DNA of 45,843 nt from an uncultured Coriobacteriaceae bacterium (GCA_964581165.1 CAZOMM010000002.1:1-45843); one strand, 5' to 3'. Shown: positions 26,097-35,485, counted from the first letter of the stretch. The notes: generated by a model from the sequence alone, not told the origin. Numbers and translations are program-made.

Positions 26097-27596
26097 GTGA
26101 GTAAGAGAGTGGGTGTATCTGTAATGGCAAGCGCTGAGGAAAAGGCAAGTGCAGAAAACAGTACGGTTAATAAGAAAAAAAGAGATGGCCTAAGTCGGCC
26201 CCTAAGGATGTTCTATGGTATAGGTGACTTAGGCTTTACGTTTATGTCGAACGTAGAAACTTACTTTTTTAATTTCTTCTTAACTAACTTGGCACAGTTT
26301 TCTCTTCCGATAGTCTCGGTGATAACAACTATTACGAGTACTGTTGATGCTGTTACATCGTGGATGTATGGTGCCATTCTAAACAGCATCAATCCAAAAA
26401 AATGGGGACGTTATCGTTCTTGGTTAATTTTACTTCCTTGGATTGTTCCATTTTTGTATGCGTTTCAGTTCATCAAACTAGGTGATAGCATTCTTTCGGT
26501 TGTTGTGATTGTTGTAGCAACTATTGTCAGTCATATTGCTTGGAATATCCCCTGGGTGGCCAATGCATCCATGATTGCAGTTGCAGGAAAAACACCAGAA
26601 GAAAGAGCGCATCTGTCTTCTATGCGAGCTTTTTGGACAAATCTGTCCAAGATATTCTTCTCTTATATAGCAACACCGATGGCTGCAGTATTTGCAGGAG
26701 TAATCGGCGAGACCAACCAATATGGAGCTGTGGCTTTTGTTTTTGGTTGTCTTATGGCGGTTTTATATTTTGCACATTTTAAGATGTTTGATGGCTATGA
26801 GGAGGTAGACGTAGAACTCCTCAAGCAGAAAAAAGGGGAAAGAAAGAAAAAGGAAGACAAGGGTAAGACATCTCCTAGCGATCTGCTTAGGGCATTGGCA
26901 CAAAATCCTCCACTCATATTCCTTTTGATCTCAGATCTTGCAAAATACATGTTTAATTTTGTCGTTGCTGGAACTGCCACTTATTACTTTGTGTACGTGG
27001 CCCAAGACGCAACTCTAACAGCAGCCTATATTATGATTGCCAACATTTTTGCTGTAATTGGCTCTTATCTGGCAAAAACTTTAATTAAGAAATTATCCGT
27101 AAGAACCACAACATTTTGCACATACATAGCGATGGGAATTCTACTGATTGCCGCATTCCTTGTATATACAAATGTTTGGCTCGTAATTGCGCTAATGTCG
27201 TTGACACAAGCTGGGTATGGTATCGTGTATGCCTGCGGGCCGGCTTTGTATTCGGACACAATTATTTATTCGGAGTGGAAAACCGGGAAAAACGCAACAG
27301 GCTGGATCAGCGGACTACAAACTGTTCCATTAAAAATAGGAGTTGTAACCAGAGGAATCATCATAACGGCGTGTCTGGCCTTGGGAGGTTTTGTATCAGA
27401 CATGGATCCCAGTTTGGCAACAACTGGATTGCAGCAAGCAGTTTGCCTAAGTTTCATGGTTGTCCCAGCTATCGCCTTGTTTATTGGTGGTCTATTAATG
27501 ATCTTTGGGTACAGACTTACACAAAATAAGGTTGTTATGTATCAGGAAGAAATAGCAGCACGATCCAACAAGACAGATAGCTCCGAGGAGAAATAA
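26097..27596 (+). CDS. GPH-family (glycoside-pentoside-hexuronide:cation symporter, MelB/YihO/UidB-like) transporter
   Basis: N-terminal FYGIGDLGF motif typical of GPH/MFS-2, and about 12 TM segments. The start is uncertain (GTG 26097 or ATG 26124). Confidence 0.8.
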   Translation: MSKRVGVSVMASAEEKASAENSTVNKKKRDGLSRPLRMFYGIGDLGFTFMSNVETYFFNFFLTNLAQFSLPIVSVITTITSTVDAVTSWMYGAILNSINPKKWGRYRSWLILLPWIVPFLYAFQFIKLGDSILSVVVIVVATIVSHIAWNIPWVANASMIAVAGKTPEERAHLSSMRAFWTNLSKIFFSYIATPMAAVFAGVIGETNQYGAVAFVFGCLMAVLYFAHFKMFDGYEEVDVELLKQKKGERKKKEDKGKTSPSDLLRALAQNPPLIFLLISDLAKYMFNFVVAGTATYYFVYVAQDATLTAAYIMIANIFAVIGSYLAKTLIKKLSVRTTTFCTYIAMGILLIAAFLVYTNVWLVIALMSLTQAGYGIVYACGPALYSDTIIYSEWKTGKNATGWISGLQTVPLKIGVVTRGIIITACLALGGFVSDMDPSLATTGLQQAVCLSFMVVPAIALFIGGLLMIFGYRLTQNKVVMYQEEIAARSNKTDSSEEK

Positions 27597-27599
27597 TCG

Positions 27600-27755
27600 A
27601 AGCTAGCGTTTTAGGAATTTTTGGGGAGTCTAGGTCGGGGAAGTCTAGATCCCGCAGGTTTGGAAGTATAGGTTTCGCAGACTAGGTTTCGCAGTCTGGG
27701 AAGTCGAAGTCCCATAGGCTAGGGAGCCTAGGTCGGAAGCCTAGATCCCGAAGAC
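27600..27755 (+). repeat. degenerate local tandem duplications downstream of the transporter
   Basis: gtctaggtcggggaagtctagatcccg ... gcctaggtcggaagcctagatcccg, and taggtttcgcagac / taggtttcgcagtc. Confidence 0.6.
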
Positions 27756-27778
27756 ATAAAATGCAGTAGCCCAAATAA

Positions 27779-27814
27779 AGAGACCCAGCTGGAATAAATT
27801 TCAGCTGGGTCTCT
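27779..27814. terminator. bidirectional terminator hairpin between the transporter and pknB
   Basis: AGAGACCCAGCTG-gaataaattt-CAGCTGGGTCTCT, a perfect 13-bp stem between convergent genes. Confidence 0.7.
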
Positions 27815-27965
27815 ATCCGTCTTATTTGCTGTTAGCGACGCTTGTTTTACGTTGAGTTTTTCCCAGATCCATTGGCCCTTGCTCACACCTGAGCTCACAC
27901 ATAAGACTCACACATAAGGCTCAGATCTAATACAGAACCCGCTTCAAAAGAAGCTCTAAGCAACA

Positions 27966-29900
27966 TTATTCTGTACTATCCGTTCCTTCGTCATCAGAGG
28001 AGGAGGAACTTCCAGATACTGTAATAGCTACTGTGTCGTCTAGAGATACCTCAGTGCCACTACTTGGGTTGGTTGATATGACATAACCCTCATCAACGCT
28101 GCTCGAGGTCTGATAAACCACGTAATACTTTAGTCCAGCAGATGTGATCCTGCTAATTGCTGTACTTTCGTCTAGTCCAACTACGTTTGGAACACTAACT
28201 GTAGATGAATCAGATGAATCATCATCAGGAGTAGTCGTAGTTGGAGCTGTTGCGACTGTAATTGTGATGCTGCTACCCGGATTTACAACTTCACCCGAGT
28301 TTATGCTCATAGCAATTACTGTACCGCTTGTCTCATCCGATTCTTGAGTCTGCACTGTAACACTGAGTCCTGCACTTCTAAGAGCCGAGACTGCTGCGCT
28401 TTCTGTCATTCCCATAACCGAAGGTACGGTGGTGCCAGAGGATGGATAAATCGTGATTGTAGTTCCCTCGTCTACTAGGGTTCCAGCGCTTGGATCCTGT
28501 GCAGCAACATAGCCGATAGAAACTTCTGTAGACTGCACAGCATTGCCTGTTACAACCTGCAAGTTAAGTGCCGAGAGCTCTTCTGTGGCCTCTTCTATTG
28601 ACATGTTCTTTAGATTTGGAACGCTAACCTGATTTGCTGGTGGTTCTCCCTGAGAAATTACAAGATCAACAGATGAATTTTCGGCAAGTTCGGTTCCGGC
28701 TTCGGGATTTTGTTTCATCACTTCGCCAGCTTCGTATTCGCTGCTGTAATCCTGAGTAACCGTACCGACTTTGTAGCCTGAATTTTCGAGAGCCTGCTCA
28801 GCCTCTTCTTGAGTCATTCCAAGTACATTTGGAACAGTTCCGCTGGCAGTTCCTCCTAAAAGTCCAAATCCAATAACGCAGCCAATAATAGCTATAGCAA
28901 CAACAACACAAACGCCAATGATGATATTTCGCTTGCGGTTTGACTTTTTGCCCTTACTCGATTTTGCGTCAGCTCCATTTTGGGCAGCAAACACCTGGGT
29001 TTTATTAGCGCCCTCTCCAAGAACTCTGGTGGCATCGGCTTCTGCAAGAACTTGGGTTTCATCGGCATTGCCAAGATTGATTGGAATGCCGTTTATATAA
29101 TCCATAAGCGTTGTGCGCATTTCGCTTGCAGTAGAAAAGCGATCTTTTGGATCTTTTTCCATAGCCTTGAGGATGATCTCCTCAAGATCCGAATCCATAG
29201 TGGGGCAGTAAACACTTGGGGGAACGGGAGTCTCGTTAACCTGTTTGAGTGCAACCGAGATAGCATCTGGCCCTTCAAAGGGGAGTCTTCCGGTAACGGC
29301 CTCATACATTAGGATGCCCAAGGAATAGATATCCGACTCTGCGGTGGGTGTTTTGCCCTGTGCCTGCTCGGGCGATACATAGTTGGCAGTTCCTAAAACA
29401 GAGCCAGTTTGAGTCATAGTAGAATTGCCGGCTTTGGCAACTCCAAAGTCCATGATTTTGATGTTTCCATCGGGCTGGATCATAATGTTTTGCGGTTTGA
29501 TATCGCGATGGATTACATCGTTATCATGCGCAACTGAAAGACCTGCACATATTTGGGAGGCAATATGAGCCACCTTGCGCTGTTCGATTGTTCCACGCTG
29601 CGCAATGGCGGTTTTAAGATCAACGCCCTTTACAAACTCCATGACTATGTAGTAGGTCTCTCCATCTAGACCCCAGTCATAAATGCTAACTATATATGGG
29701 CTAGAAAGATTTGCCGCTGCCTGAGCTTCTTGTCTAAAGCGCGCTGCAAATGTTGGATCCGATGCAAATTGCGGGAGTAGTACTTTAACAGCATCGGTGC
29801 GTCCCAAAACCTCGTCTTGAGCCTTGTAGACCTCGGCCATGCCGCCGATGCCAACTCTCTCGAGAATTTTGTACCGAGAGGCGATGACCTTATTTATCAA
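27966..29900 (-). CDS. pknB: Ser/Thr protein kinase PknB with four PASTA domains
   Basis: Hanks kinase motifs (GIGGMAEVYKA, HRDIKPQN, DFG), one TM segment, and four C-terminal PASTA-like repeats (VPNVLGMT.., VPNLKNMS.., VPSVMGMT.., VPNVVGLD..). Confidence 0.9.
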   Translation of the reverse strand: MINKVIASRYKILERVGIGGMAEVYKAQDEVLGRTDAVKVLLPQFASDPTFAARFRQEAQAAANLSSPYIVSIYDWGLDGETYYIVMEFVKGVDLKTAIAQRGTIEQRKVAHIASQICAGLSVAHDNDVIHRDIKPQNIMIQPDGNIKIMDFGVAKAGNSTMTQTGSVLGTANYVSPEQAQGKTPTAESDIYSLGILMYEAVTGRLPFEGPDAISVALKQVNETPVPPSVYCPTMDSDLEEIILKAMEKDPKDRFSTASEMRTTLMDYINGIPINLGNADETQVLAEADATRVLGEGANKTQVFAAQNGADAKSSKGKKSNRKRNIIIGVCVVVAIAIIGCVIGFGLLGGTASGTVPNVLGMTQEEAEQALENSGYKVGTVTQDYSSEYEAGEVMKQNPEAGTELAENSSVDLVISQGEPPANQVSVPNLKNMSIEEATEELSALNLQVVTGNAVQSTEVSIGYVAAQDPSAGTLVDEGTTITIYPSSGTTVPSVMGMTESAAVSALRSAGLSVTVQTQESDETSGTVIAMSINSGEVVNPGSSITITVATAPTTTTPDDDSSDSSTVSVPNVVGLDESTAISRITSAGLKYYVVYQTSSSVDEGYVISTNPSSGTEVSLDDTVAITVSGSSSSSDDEGTDSTE

Positions 29901-30030
29901 TTTTCATCCCGGCCTTCCATTCATGCATGAACCCGTTGAGTCTAGCACAAGGCAGAGTCCTGGAAATCAAGTTCCACAGATTTCTCGAGCTTTTAACAGT
30001 GCTGCTCATGAGGCCCTTTCTTTTAATTAT

Positions 30031-32769
30031 TTACAGAGCATCTAGTGCTACAAGTGCAGATTGTAAAATGCTTCCGACTGTTGAGCTTACCGAACTGGTC
30101 GAATCCTCAACAACTATGGCGATTGTTACGCTTTGCCCATTGGCGGTTGCTGTGCCAATAAACCAAGAGTTGTCATCTTCTACGCTAGTTTGTGCAGTTC
30201 CGGTTTTGCCTACAACTTCGGCTCCGCTAACTTGCGCAGCCGTTCCGGTTCCGCTAGAGACAACCTGGGCCATGGCTTGGCTTACCTGCTCAGCAGTTTC
30301 AGCGCTTACCACTTGAGCATAAACACTTGGGCTGGTGCTTGTAATAATGGCACCCTCTGGCGAGCTTATGTGATCCACTACGTAGGGGGTCATTATCTGT
30401 CCATCGTTGGCCATTGCAGCTGCAACCATGGCCATTTGAACGACCGTAGCTTGAGGTCCTGCTGGACTTTCGTGCTCGCCAACAGGCTGGCCCACAGCCG
30501 CCCAAGCAGTTTCCCATAAAGTCATCTCATCGGGATCGGGCATGAGCGATGTAGTTATCCCAAAATCGGTATCTATTGTTGAGTTAAAGCCAAAGGTTTC
30601 GGCTCCGCTAACTAGTGTCTCTGATCCAATCTCGGTTCCAATTTGGGCAAATACAGTATTGCTGGATACTGCAAATGCGCGAACCAAAGATATGGTTCCG
30701 TAATCAGTTTCATTGATTGTGGAGATCTGACCTCCACCGATATCGATAGTTCCTGGAGAGTCGTAAGTGGAATCGAGTGTGGCAATTCCATTTTCGATTG
30801 CAAGAGCTAAAGTGAGCGTTTTAAATGTAGAACCTGGAGCGTAAAGTCCATAAGTTGCCCTATTAAAGAGAGCATCTGAGCTGACTTCTCCAGAAAGATA
30901 GCTGGCAACATCGTTTACATCGTAGGTAGGTGAGGAAGCCATAGCCAAAACCGCGCCAGTTTCTGGATCAAGTAAGATTGCTGCTCCGACCTTGCCTTCG
31001 AGTGCATCTTCTACAGCCTGTTGGATCTCTGAGTTAATGGTTAATGTGACATTATTGCCCGGATTAGAAATACCAGCTAGAGAGTTTATGGCTGCTTGTA
31101 TGGTAGAGAAATCCTGTTCACCCGTTAGGGTTTCGTTTAAAGAAGACTCAAGACCGGTCGAGCCATACTGAGTAGAGTAATAACCCAGTAGATGAGCCGC
31201 CAAGTCGCCCTGTGGGTAGTTACGCTCATACGAACCATCTTCTTGCTCGATAGATTCTGCTAAAACCACTCCATCCGATGTAAAGATCGAACCTCTTTCT
31301 ACGCGTTGACTTTTAGCTATTGTGTGATTGTTGGTGCTAAGCGATTTAATCTCATCTGCGCGTACGACCATAATGTCTGTAAGGTTTGCAATCAAAAGTG
31401 CAAATAAAACAGCAAATATGGTAAGCATTCTTGTTATGCGCTTGCCTAGAGCCACACGGCCTAAAATTCCAACATCGTGTTTGTGTGAGGCAGAAGTAAG
31501 CTCAGCGCTTCTGCCCGGGGCATCGTCGCCAGTTCTTAACAGCAAGCCCACAATAATGAAGCTCGATATTAGCGAAGATCCACCTTGGCTCATAAACGGA
31601 AGGGTCACACCAGTAAGGGGGATCAATCCGGTTACGCCTCCAACGATTACAAAGGCCTGAAACGATATAGAGGCTGTAAGGCCCACAGCAGCAAAGGCAT
31701 CTACATCACGTCTGGCACGAGCGGCGGTAGCAAACCCTCTAATGCAGAAAAGCAAAAAGGCAATTAGCACACCGGCTGCTCCTAGAAGACCCATCTCCTC
31801 GGCAATGGCAGCAAAGATAAAGTCGCTTTCGACAACGGGAATGCTAGTGGGCAAACCCTCTCCAATGCCAACTCCTATCATGCCTCCGTCGGCCATTGAA
31901 TAGAGGGCTTGAACTAGCTGATACCCATCGTCTTGAGCATATGCAAAGGGATCGAGCCAAATAGCTATGCGTTCTTGAACGTGGCTAAAGCAAAAGTACA
32001 TCACCACAGCGGCTACTGCGAGCAAAAGTACACTTACAAACACGTATCCAAAGCGCCCAGTGCATACATAGATCATTACCAAGAACAGACCAAAAAATAA
32101 AAGGGCGCTACCTAAGTCTCGCTCAAATATTACGATTAGCAGCGAGAGCACCAGCATAAAGATCATCGGAAGCAGGGTTTTAAAGTCGGGAATTTGAATT
32201 CCTAACACCCTGCGCGACGAAACCGATAGCATCTCTCGATTCTCGGCTAGATACGAAGCCAAAAAAATGACAATGAGAATTTTGGCAATCTCGCTTGGTT
32301 GGAAAGAAAAGCCGCCTATGCTAAGCCAAATTTTTGATCCATAGTGCTCTGTACCTATCACTGCAGGCAAAAGTAGCAGGATGATACCCAAGAGCATGAT
32401 TGTGTATTTGTAACGCGAAAGCGCATTGATAGATCGCACCAAAATAAGAGTTACGACCATCATTGCCACACCAGTAAAAAGCCAAATGAGTTGGTTAGTA
32501 GCTAAATCGGGTGCGAGTCTAAACACAAAGATTATGCCTATACCCGAAAGCAGATATGTGAGTGGCAATAGGGCATTGTCGGCATTGGGTGCCAATGCAC
32601 AAATTGCAAAGTGCGAGGCAATAAAGGCTATAAAAAGACCAATTGGAACAGCTAGCGTTTCTGGCGTGATCTCTGTGCCAGAACTAATCATAAACATTGC
32701 AAACAGCAAGCCCAAAATGGGAGTTGCTGCCAATATTAAATAAAGCTCAGTAGATCTCCAGCTGCGCAT
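30031..32769 (-). CDS. fused SEDS glycosyltransferase (RodA/FtsW family) and class B penicillin-binding protein transpeptidase
   Basis: The N-terminal ~440 aa form a polytopic FtsW/RodA/SpoVE-like domain (..GVTLPFMSQGGSS..). A linker and TM segment (MLTIFAVLFALLIANL) follow, then a bPBP with STFK, SSN and KTGTA motifs. It is one uninterrupted frame. I prefer the ATG at 32769 (AGGTGA upstream); a GTG at 32778 is possible. Confidence 0.85.
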   Translation of the reverse strand: MRSWRSTELYLILAATPILGLLFAMFMISSGTEITPETLAVPIGLFIAFIASHFAICALAPNADNALLPLTYLLSGIGIIFVFRLAPDLATNQLIWLFTGVAMMVVTLILVRSINALSRYKYTIMLLGIILLLLPAVIGTEHYGSKIWLSIGGFSFQPSEIAKILIVIFLASYLAENREMLSVSSRRVLGIQIPDFKTLLPMIFMLVLSLLIVIFERDLGSALLFFGLFLVMIYVCTGRFGYVFVSVLLLAVAAVVMYFCFSHVQERIAIWLDPFAYAQDDGYQLVQALYSMADGGMIGVGIGEGLPTSIPVVESDFIFAAIAEEMGLLGAAGVLIAFLLFCIRGFATAARARRDVDAFAAVGLTASISFQAFVIVGGVTGLIPLTGVTLPFMSQGGSSLISSFIIVGLLLRTGDDAPGRSAELTSASHKHDVGILGRVALGKRITRMLTIFAVLFALLIANLTDIMVVRADEIKSLSTNNHTIAKSQRVERGSIFTSDGVVLAESIEQEDGSYERNYPQGDLAAHLLGYYSTQYGSTGLESSLNETLTGEQDFSTIQAAINSLAGISNPGNNVTLTINSEIQQAVEDALEGKVGAAILLDPETGAVLAMASSPTYDVNDVASYLSGEVSSDALFNRATYGLYAPGSTFKTLTLALAIENGIATLDSTYDSPGTIDIGGGQISTINETDYGTISLVRAFAVSSNTVFAQIGTEIGSETLVSGAETFGFNSTIDTDFGITTSLMPDPDEMTLWETAWAAVGQPVGEHESPAGPQATVVQMAMVAAAMANDGQIMTPYVVDHISSPEGAIITSTSPSVYAQVVSAETAEQVSQAMAQVVSSGTGTAAQVSGAEVVGKTGTAQTSVEDDNSWFIGTATANGQSVTIAIVVEDSTSSVSSTVGSILQSALVALDAL

Positions 32770-32783
32770 CAAGCTCACCTACT

Positions 32784-33974
32784 CTAGTCGCCGGAGCTCT
32801 CTGAAGCTGTACTGTCTTGGGAGCTGTCTTCGCTAGCAGATGTGGTTCCTTGGGAATTTGCTATTTGTTGGGCATAGCTGTTTAGGGCTGCTTGTGCATC
32901 TTCAAATGAGTCAAATTGCACACCCTCCTCAAGACTCTGCTGAAGGTATGCAGGAAGATACTCAACCTCAATATCACTTGAATACTGAAACTCCGAGTAG
33001 TTCATTCCCATAAAGTCTTCCATGCGTCCCGAATAAACAGCTATTTCTCCGTCTTCGAGAATTAGATATGCAGAGTTTCTTACATAGAAGCAAAAACCAA
33101 ATACTGCACCCGCAACAAGCAAAAAAGCAACAACAATAAAAGCAGCGATTCCAATTCGACGGCGACGCTTATGGCGCTTATCGATTTGGCTTGCTGATAA
33201 TGTTTTGGTTGTTGTTTTGTTTGTGCTTGCTGTAGAAGTAAGATCTGCCACTATAACTGTTACGTTATCGTGGCCTCCGGCTTGGTTTGCTGCATACACC
33301 AATCTATTTGCTGCCTGCTGAGGATCGGGGGAGTCGAGAAGGATCTCCTTGATGTCCTCTTCAAAAAGCGCCCCACACAAGCCATCGGTGCACAGAACAA
33401 TGCGATCGTTGGTTTCTAGATCAAACTCGTAGAGATCTGCAAACATCTCTGGATCGCTTCCAAGAGCGCGGGTGATTATCGATCTAGAAGGGTGAATAAG
33501 AGCTTCACTTTCGGTTAACTGACCGCTTTCGACCATTGCAGCAACTAAAGAGTGGTCGTGTGTGAGCTGTTCTAGCTGTCCCGCACGCATCAGATAGGCT
33601 CGAGAATCTCCCACCTGGGCAATTGCGATATGCTTACCATCGGTTACAGCAGCGGTAAGAGTAGTTCCCATGCCGGGCTTTCCCTCACCCGAAACAGCAG
33701 CGCTGATTATTGCATGATTTGCAGCTTCAACCGCCTCACCTAGTGCCTCTGCATCAGGCACCCTAGGAGCCAACTCCAACATCTTTTGAGTGGCGATACC
33801 GCTTGCCACTTCTCCTGCCTCACGACCGCCAACTCCGTCGGCCACCACCAAAAGCGGTAGCTCTACTAGCATGGAATCTTCGTTGTGAGTTCTAACAAGT
33901 CCTACATCGGTACGAAATCCCACCGAAAACATAGACTCGATCGCATTCTTCTTAGGCTTGGCCATTGCGATCAT
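32784..33974 (-). CDS. pstP: PP2C-family Ser/Thr phosphatase (PstP-like) with TM and extracytoplasmic tail
   Basis: RTDVGLVRTHNEDS, ADGVGG and GGHDNVTVIV motifs, then one TM segment (IGIAAFIVVAFLLVAGAVFGF). Its ATG overlaps the fhaB stop (ATGA). Confidence 0.85.
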   Translation of the reverse strand: MIAMAKPKKNAIESMFSVGFRTDVGLVRTHNEDSMLVELPLLVVADGVGGREAGEVASGIATQKMLELAPRVPDAEALGEAVEAANHAIISAAVSGEGKPGMGTTLTAAVTDGKHIAIAQVGDSRAYLMRAGQLEQLTHDHSLVAAMVESGQLTESEALIHPSRSIITRALGSDPEMFADLYEFDLETNDRIVLCTDGLCGALFEEDIKEILLDSPDPQQAANRLVYAANQAGGHDNVTVIVADLTSTASTNKTTTKTLSASQIDKRHKRRRRIGIAAFIVVAFLLVAGAVFGFCFYVRNSAYLILEDGEIAVYSGRMEDFMGMNYSEFQYSSDIEVEYLPAYLQQSLEEGVQFDSFEDAQAALNSYAQQIANSQGTTSASEDSSQDSTASESSGD

Positions 33975-34387
33975 CTAACCTTATCAACTTTGATTTCAAC
34001 GTCGCCAATCGCTACAACGTCGTTTTTGTGTAAAGAAGTGGGATGGTCGAGCTTGGCATTGTTAAGCAACGTCCCATTTGTCGACTGCAAATCTTCAACT
34101 ATCAAATCATTGCCCGAAAGCGAAAAGCGTGCGTGCTTTCCCGAGACAAAAGAGTCGCCAATAACAATATCAGCACCAGGTGATCTCCCTACTACTACAG
34201 GGCCAGAAACTCTGATTCTTACCCCCTTAAGCTCTCTTGGTCCCTTAACGACCTTAATAAACCAGCCATCGTCTTTGCGATTTTGACCCTTAACAAGGTT
34301 GATTCCTGTACGCATCACGACTAAGAGAAACAAAAAGAGAAAGGCTACTAAAAGGATTCGTCCTATCCACAGCGCAATATCTATCAT
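33971..34387 (-). CDS. fhaB: FHA-domain protein FhaB/FipA-like
   Basis: An N-terminal TM segment plus an FHA domain (VVVGRSPGADIVIGDSFVSGKHARF...STNGT). Confidence 0.8.
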   Translation of the reverse strand: MIDIALWIGRILLVAFLFLFLLVVMRTGINLVKGQNRKDDGWFIKVVKGPRELKGVRIRVSGPVVVGRSPGADIVIGDSFVSGKHARFSLSGNDLIVEDLQSTNGTLLNNAKLDHPTSLHKNDVVAIGDVEIKVDKVR

Positions 34388-34393
34388 CTGCGT

Positions 34394-35410
34394 TTAGCCT
34401 CTTTCAAAAAGCAGGATAGTGGTGCCTATAGTTATTTCGTCACCATAGTTAAGCGGAGACTCGCTAATGCGCCTATTGTTGAGTTTGGTGCCGTTTGTTG
34501 AGTTTAGGTCGGCGATATACCAAGATCCTAGGGCATTACGGGTGATTCTTGCATGAGTACGGGAGATACTTGCATCGCCGATCACAATATCACAGTCCGA
34601 TTCTCTTCCAATAGTCACGCTGTCGAGTCTGATTGGATAGCTTCTTCCGGTTCGAGGCTCAACTAGCATCCCAGAAGAGTGAGCATCTTTATGATGTTCG
34701 GCTCCTGCGCCGGCTACTTCTGTTAAGTCAGGCGATCCACCAGCAGCGCCTGCAGCCATGCCCGCAGCTCCAGCGGCCATACCCGCAGCTCCTCCTACGT
34801 CTACTAGATCAACATTTAAATCGTTGTTGAATCCGCTCCGCTCAAAGCGGTTTAGGCTTCGCCTTTGGGATTGCCTTGAGTTACCAGATTTTGTTCCGTA
34901 TGCGCTAACAGCGCCTCTTGCGGAGGTACCTCCAGTATTTCTCTCGGCACGATTTTTGGTTCGACGTACAGAATCACTCTTGGGAGATGTATCCAGTCCG
35001 TAGTATTCGGCCTCTTCTTCGCGCAGCTCCGAAATGATATTGGCGGTAACAACTTCGGCAATTACATCGAATTTGCCACTTTTAAGGCTGTCGTCGGCAA
35101 TAAATCTTACAAGTGGTCTGCACTCGAGTACCAAAGCTGCATCTTGTGCACTGCCTACAAGATAGGTTTCGATCTCGCCGGCAAGCGTAGGGTAAAAACC
35201 GAATAGTCTGCGATCGTCGTCCACGTTTACCATAACGGTATACAACGTGGGGGCATATTGGACTCCCTTGCCAACGAGTTTGCTGCGATGCATTCGTTTC
35301 TCGCACTTTTTAGCAATTTGTGATGGCTCAATTGGTGACTTAAACATAGAACCAGCTATCCCGTCGAAAACGTCGTCGACCTTTCCCTCAAATCTAGAGA
35401 AAATGCCCAA
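34394..35410 (-). CDS. fhaA: FHA-domain protein FhaA-like (DUF3662 N-terminus + C-terminal FHA)
   Basis: MGIFSRFEGKVDDVFDG N-terminus and C-terminal VTIGRESDCDIVIGDASISRTHARI...STNGT. TTG start with GGGAGG 12 nt upstream. An Ala/Gly/Met repeat linker is present. Confidence 0.8.
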   Translation of the reverse strand: MGIFSRFEGKVDDVFDGIAGSMFKSPIEPSQIAKKCEKRMHRSKLVGKGVQYAPTLYTVMVNVDDDRRLFGFYPTLAGEIETYLVGSAQDAALVLECRPLVRFIADDSLKSGKFDVIAEVVTANIISELREEEAEYYGLDTSPKSDSVRRTKNRAERNTGGTSARGAVSAYGTKSGNSRQSQRRSLNRFERSGFNNDLNVDLVDVGGAAGMAAGAAGMAAGAAGGSPDLTEVAGAGAEHHKDAHSSGMLVEPRTGRSYPIRLDSVTIGRESDCDIVIGDASISRTHARITRNALGSWYIADLNSTNGTKLNNRRISESPLNYGDEITIGTTILLFERG

Positions 35411-35451
35411 TTTGCGTTTCTACCTCCCACCCTAGATTCTAGCTACTAGGG

Positions 35452-35485
35452 TTAGCACCTTTGTTTTGCAGAACAAAGGTGCTAA
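35452..35485. other. perfect 14-bp inverted repeat between the upstream kinase and fhaA
   Basis: TTAGCACCTTTGTT-ttgcag-AACAAAGGTGCTAA, with no mismatch and no adjacent U-tract on the transcribed (minus) strand. Confidence 0.6.
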
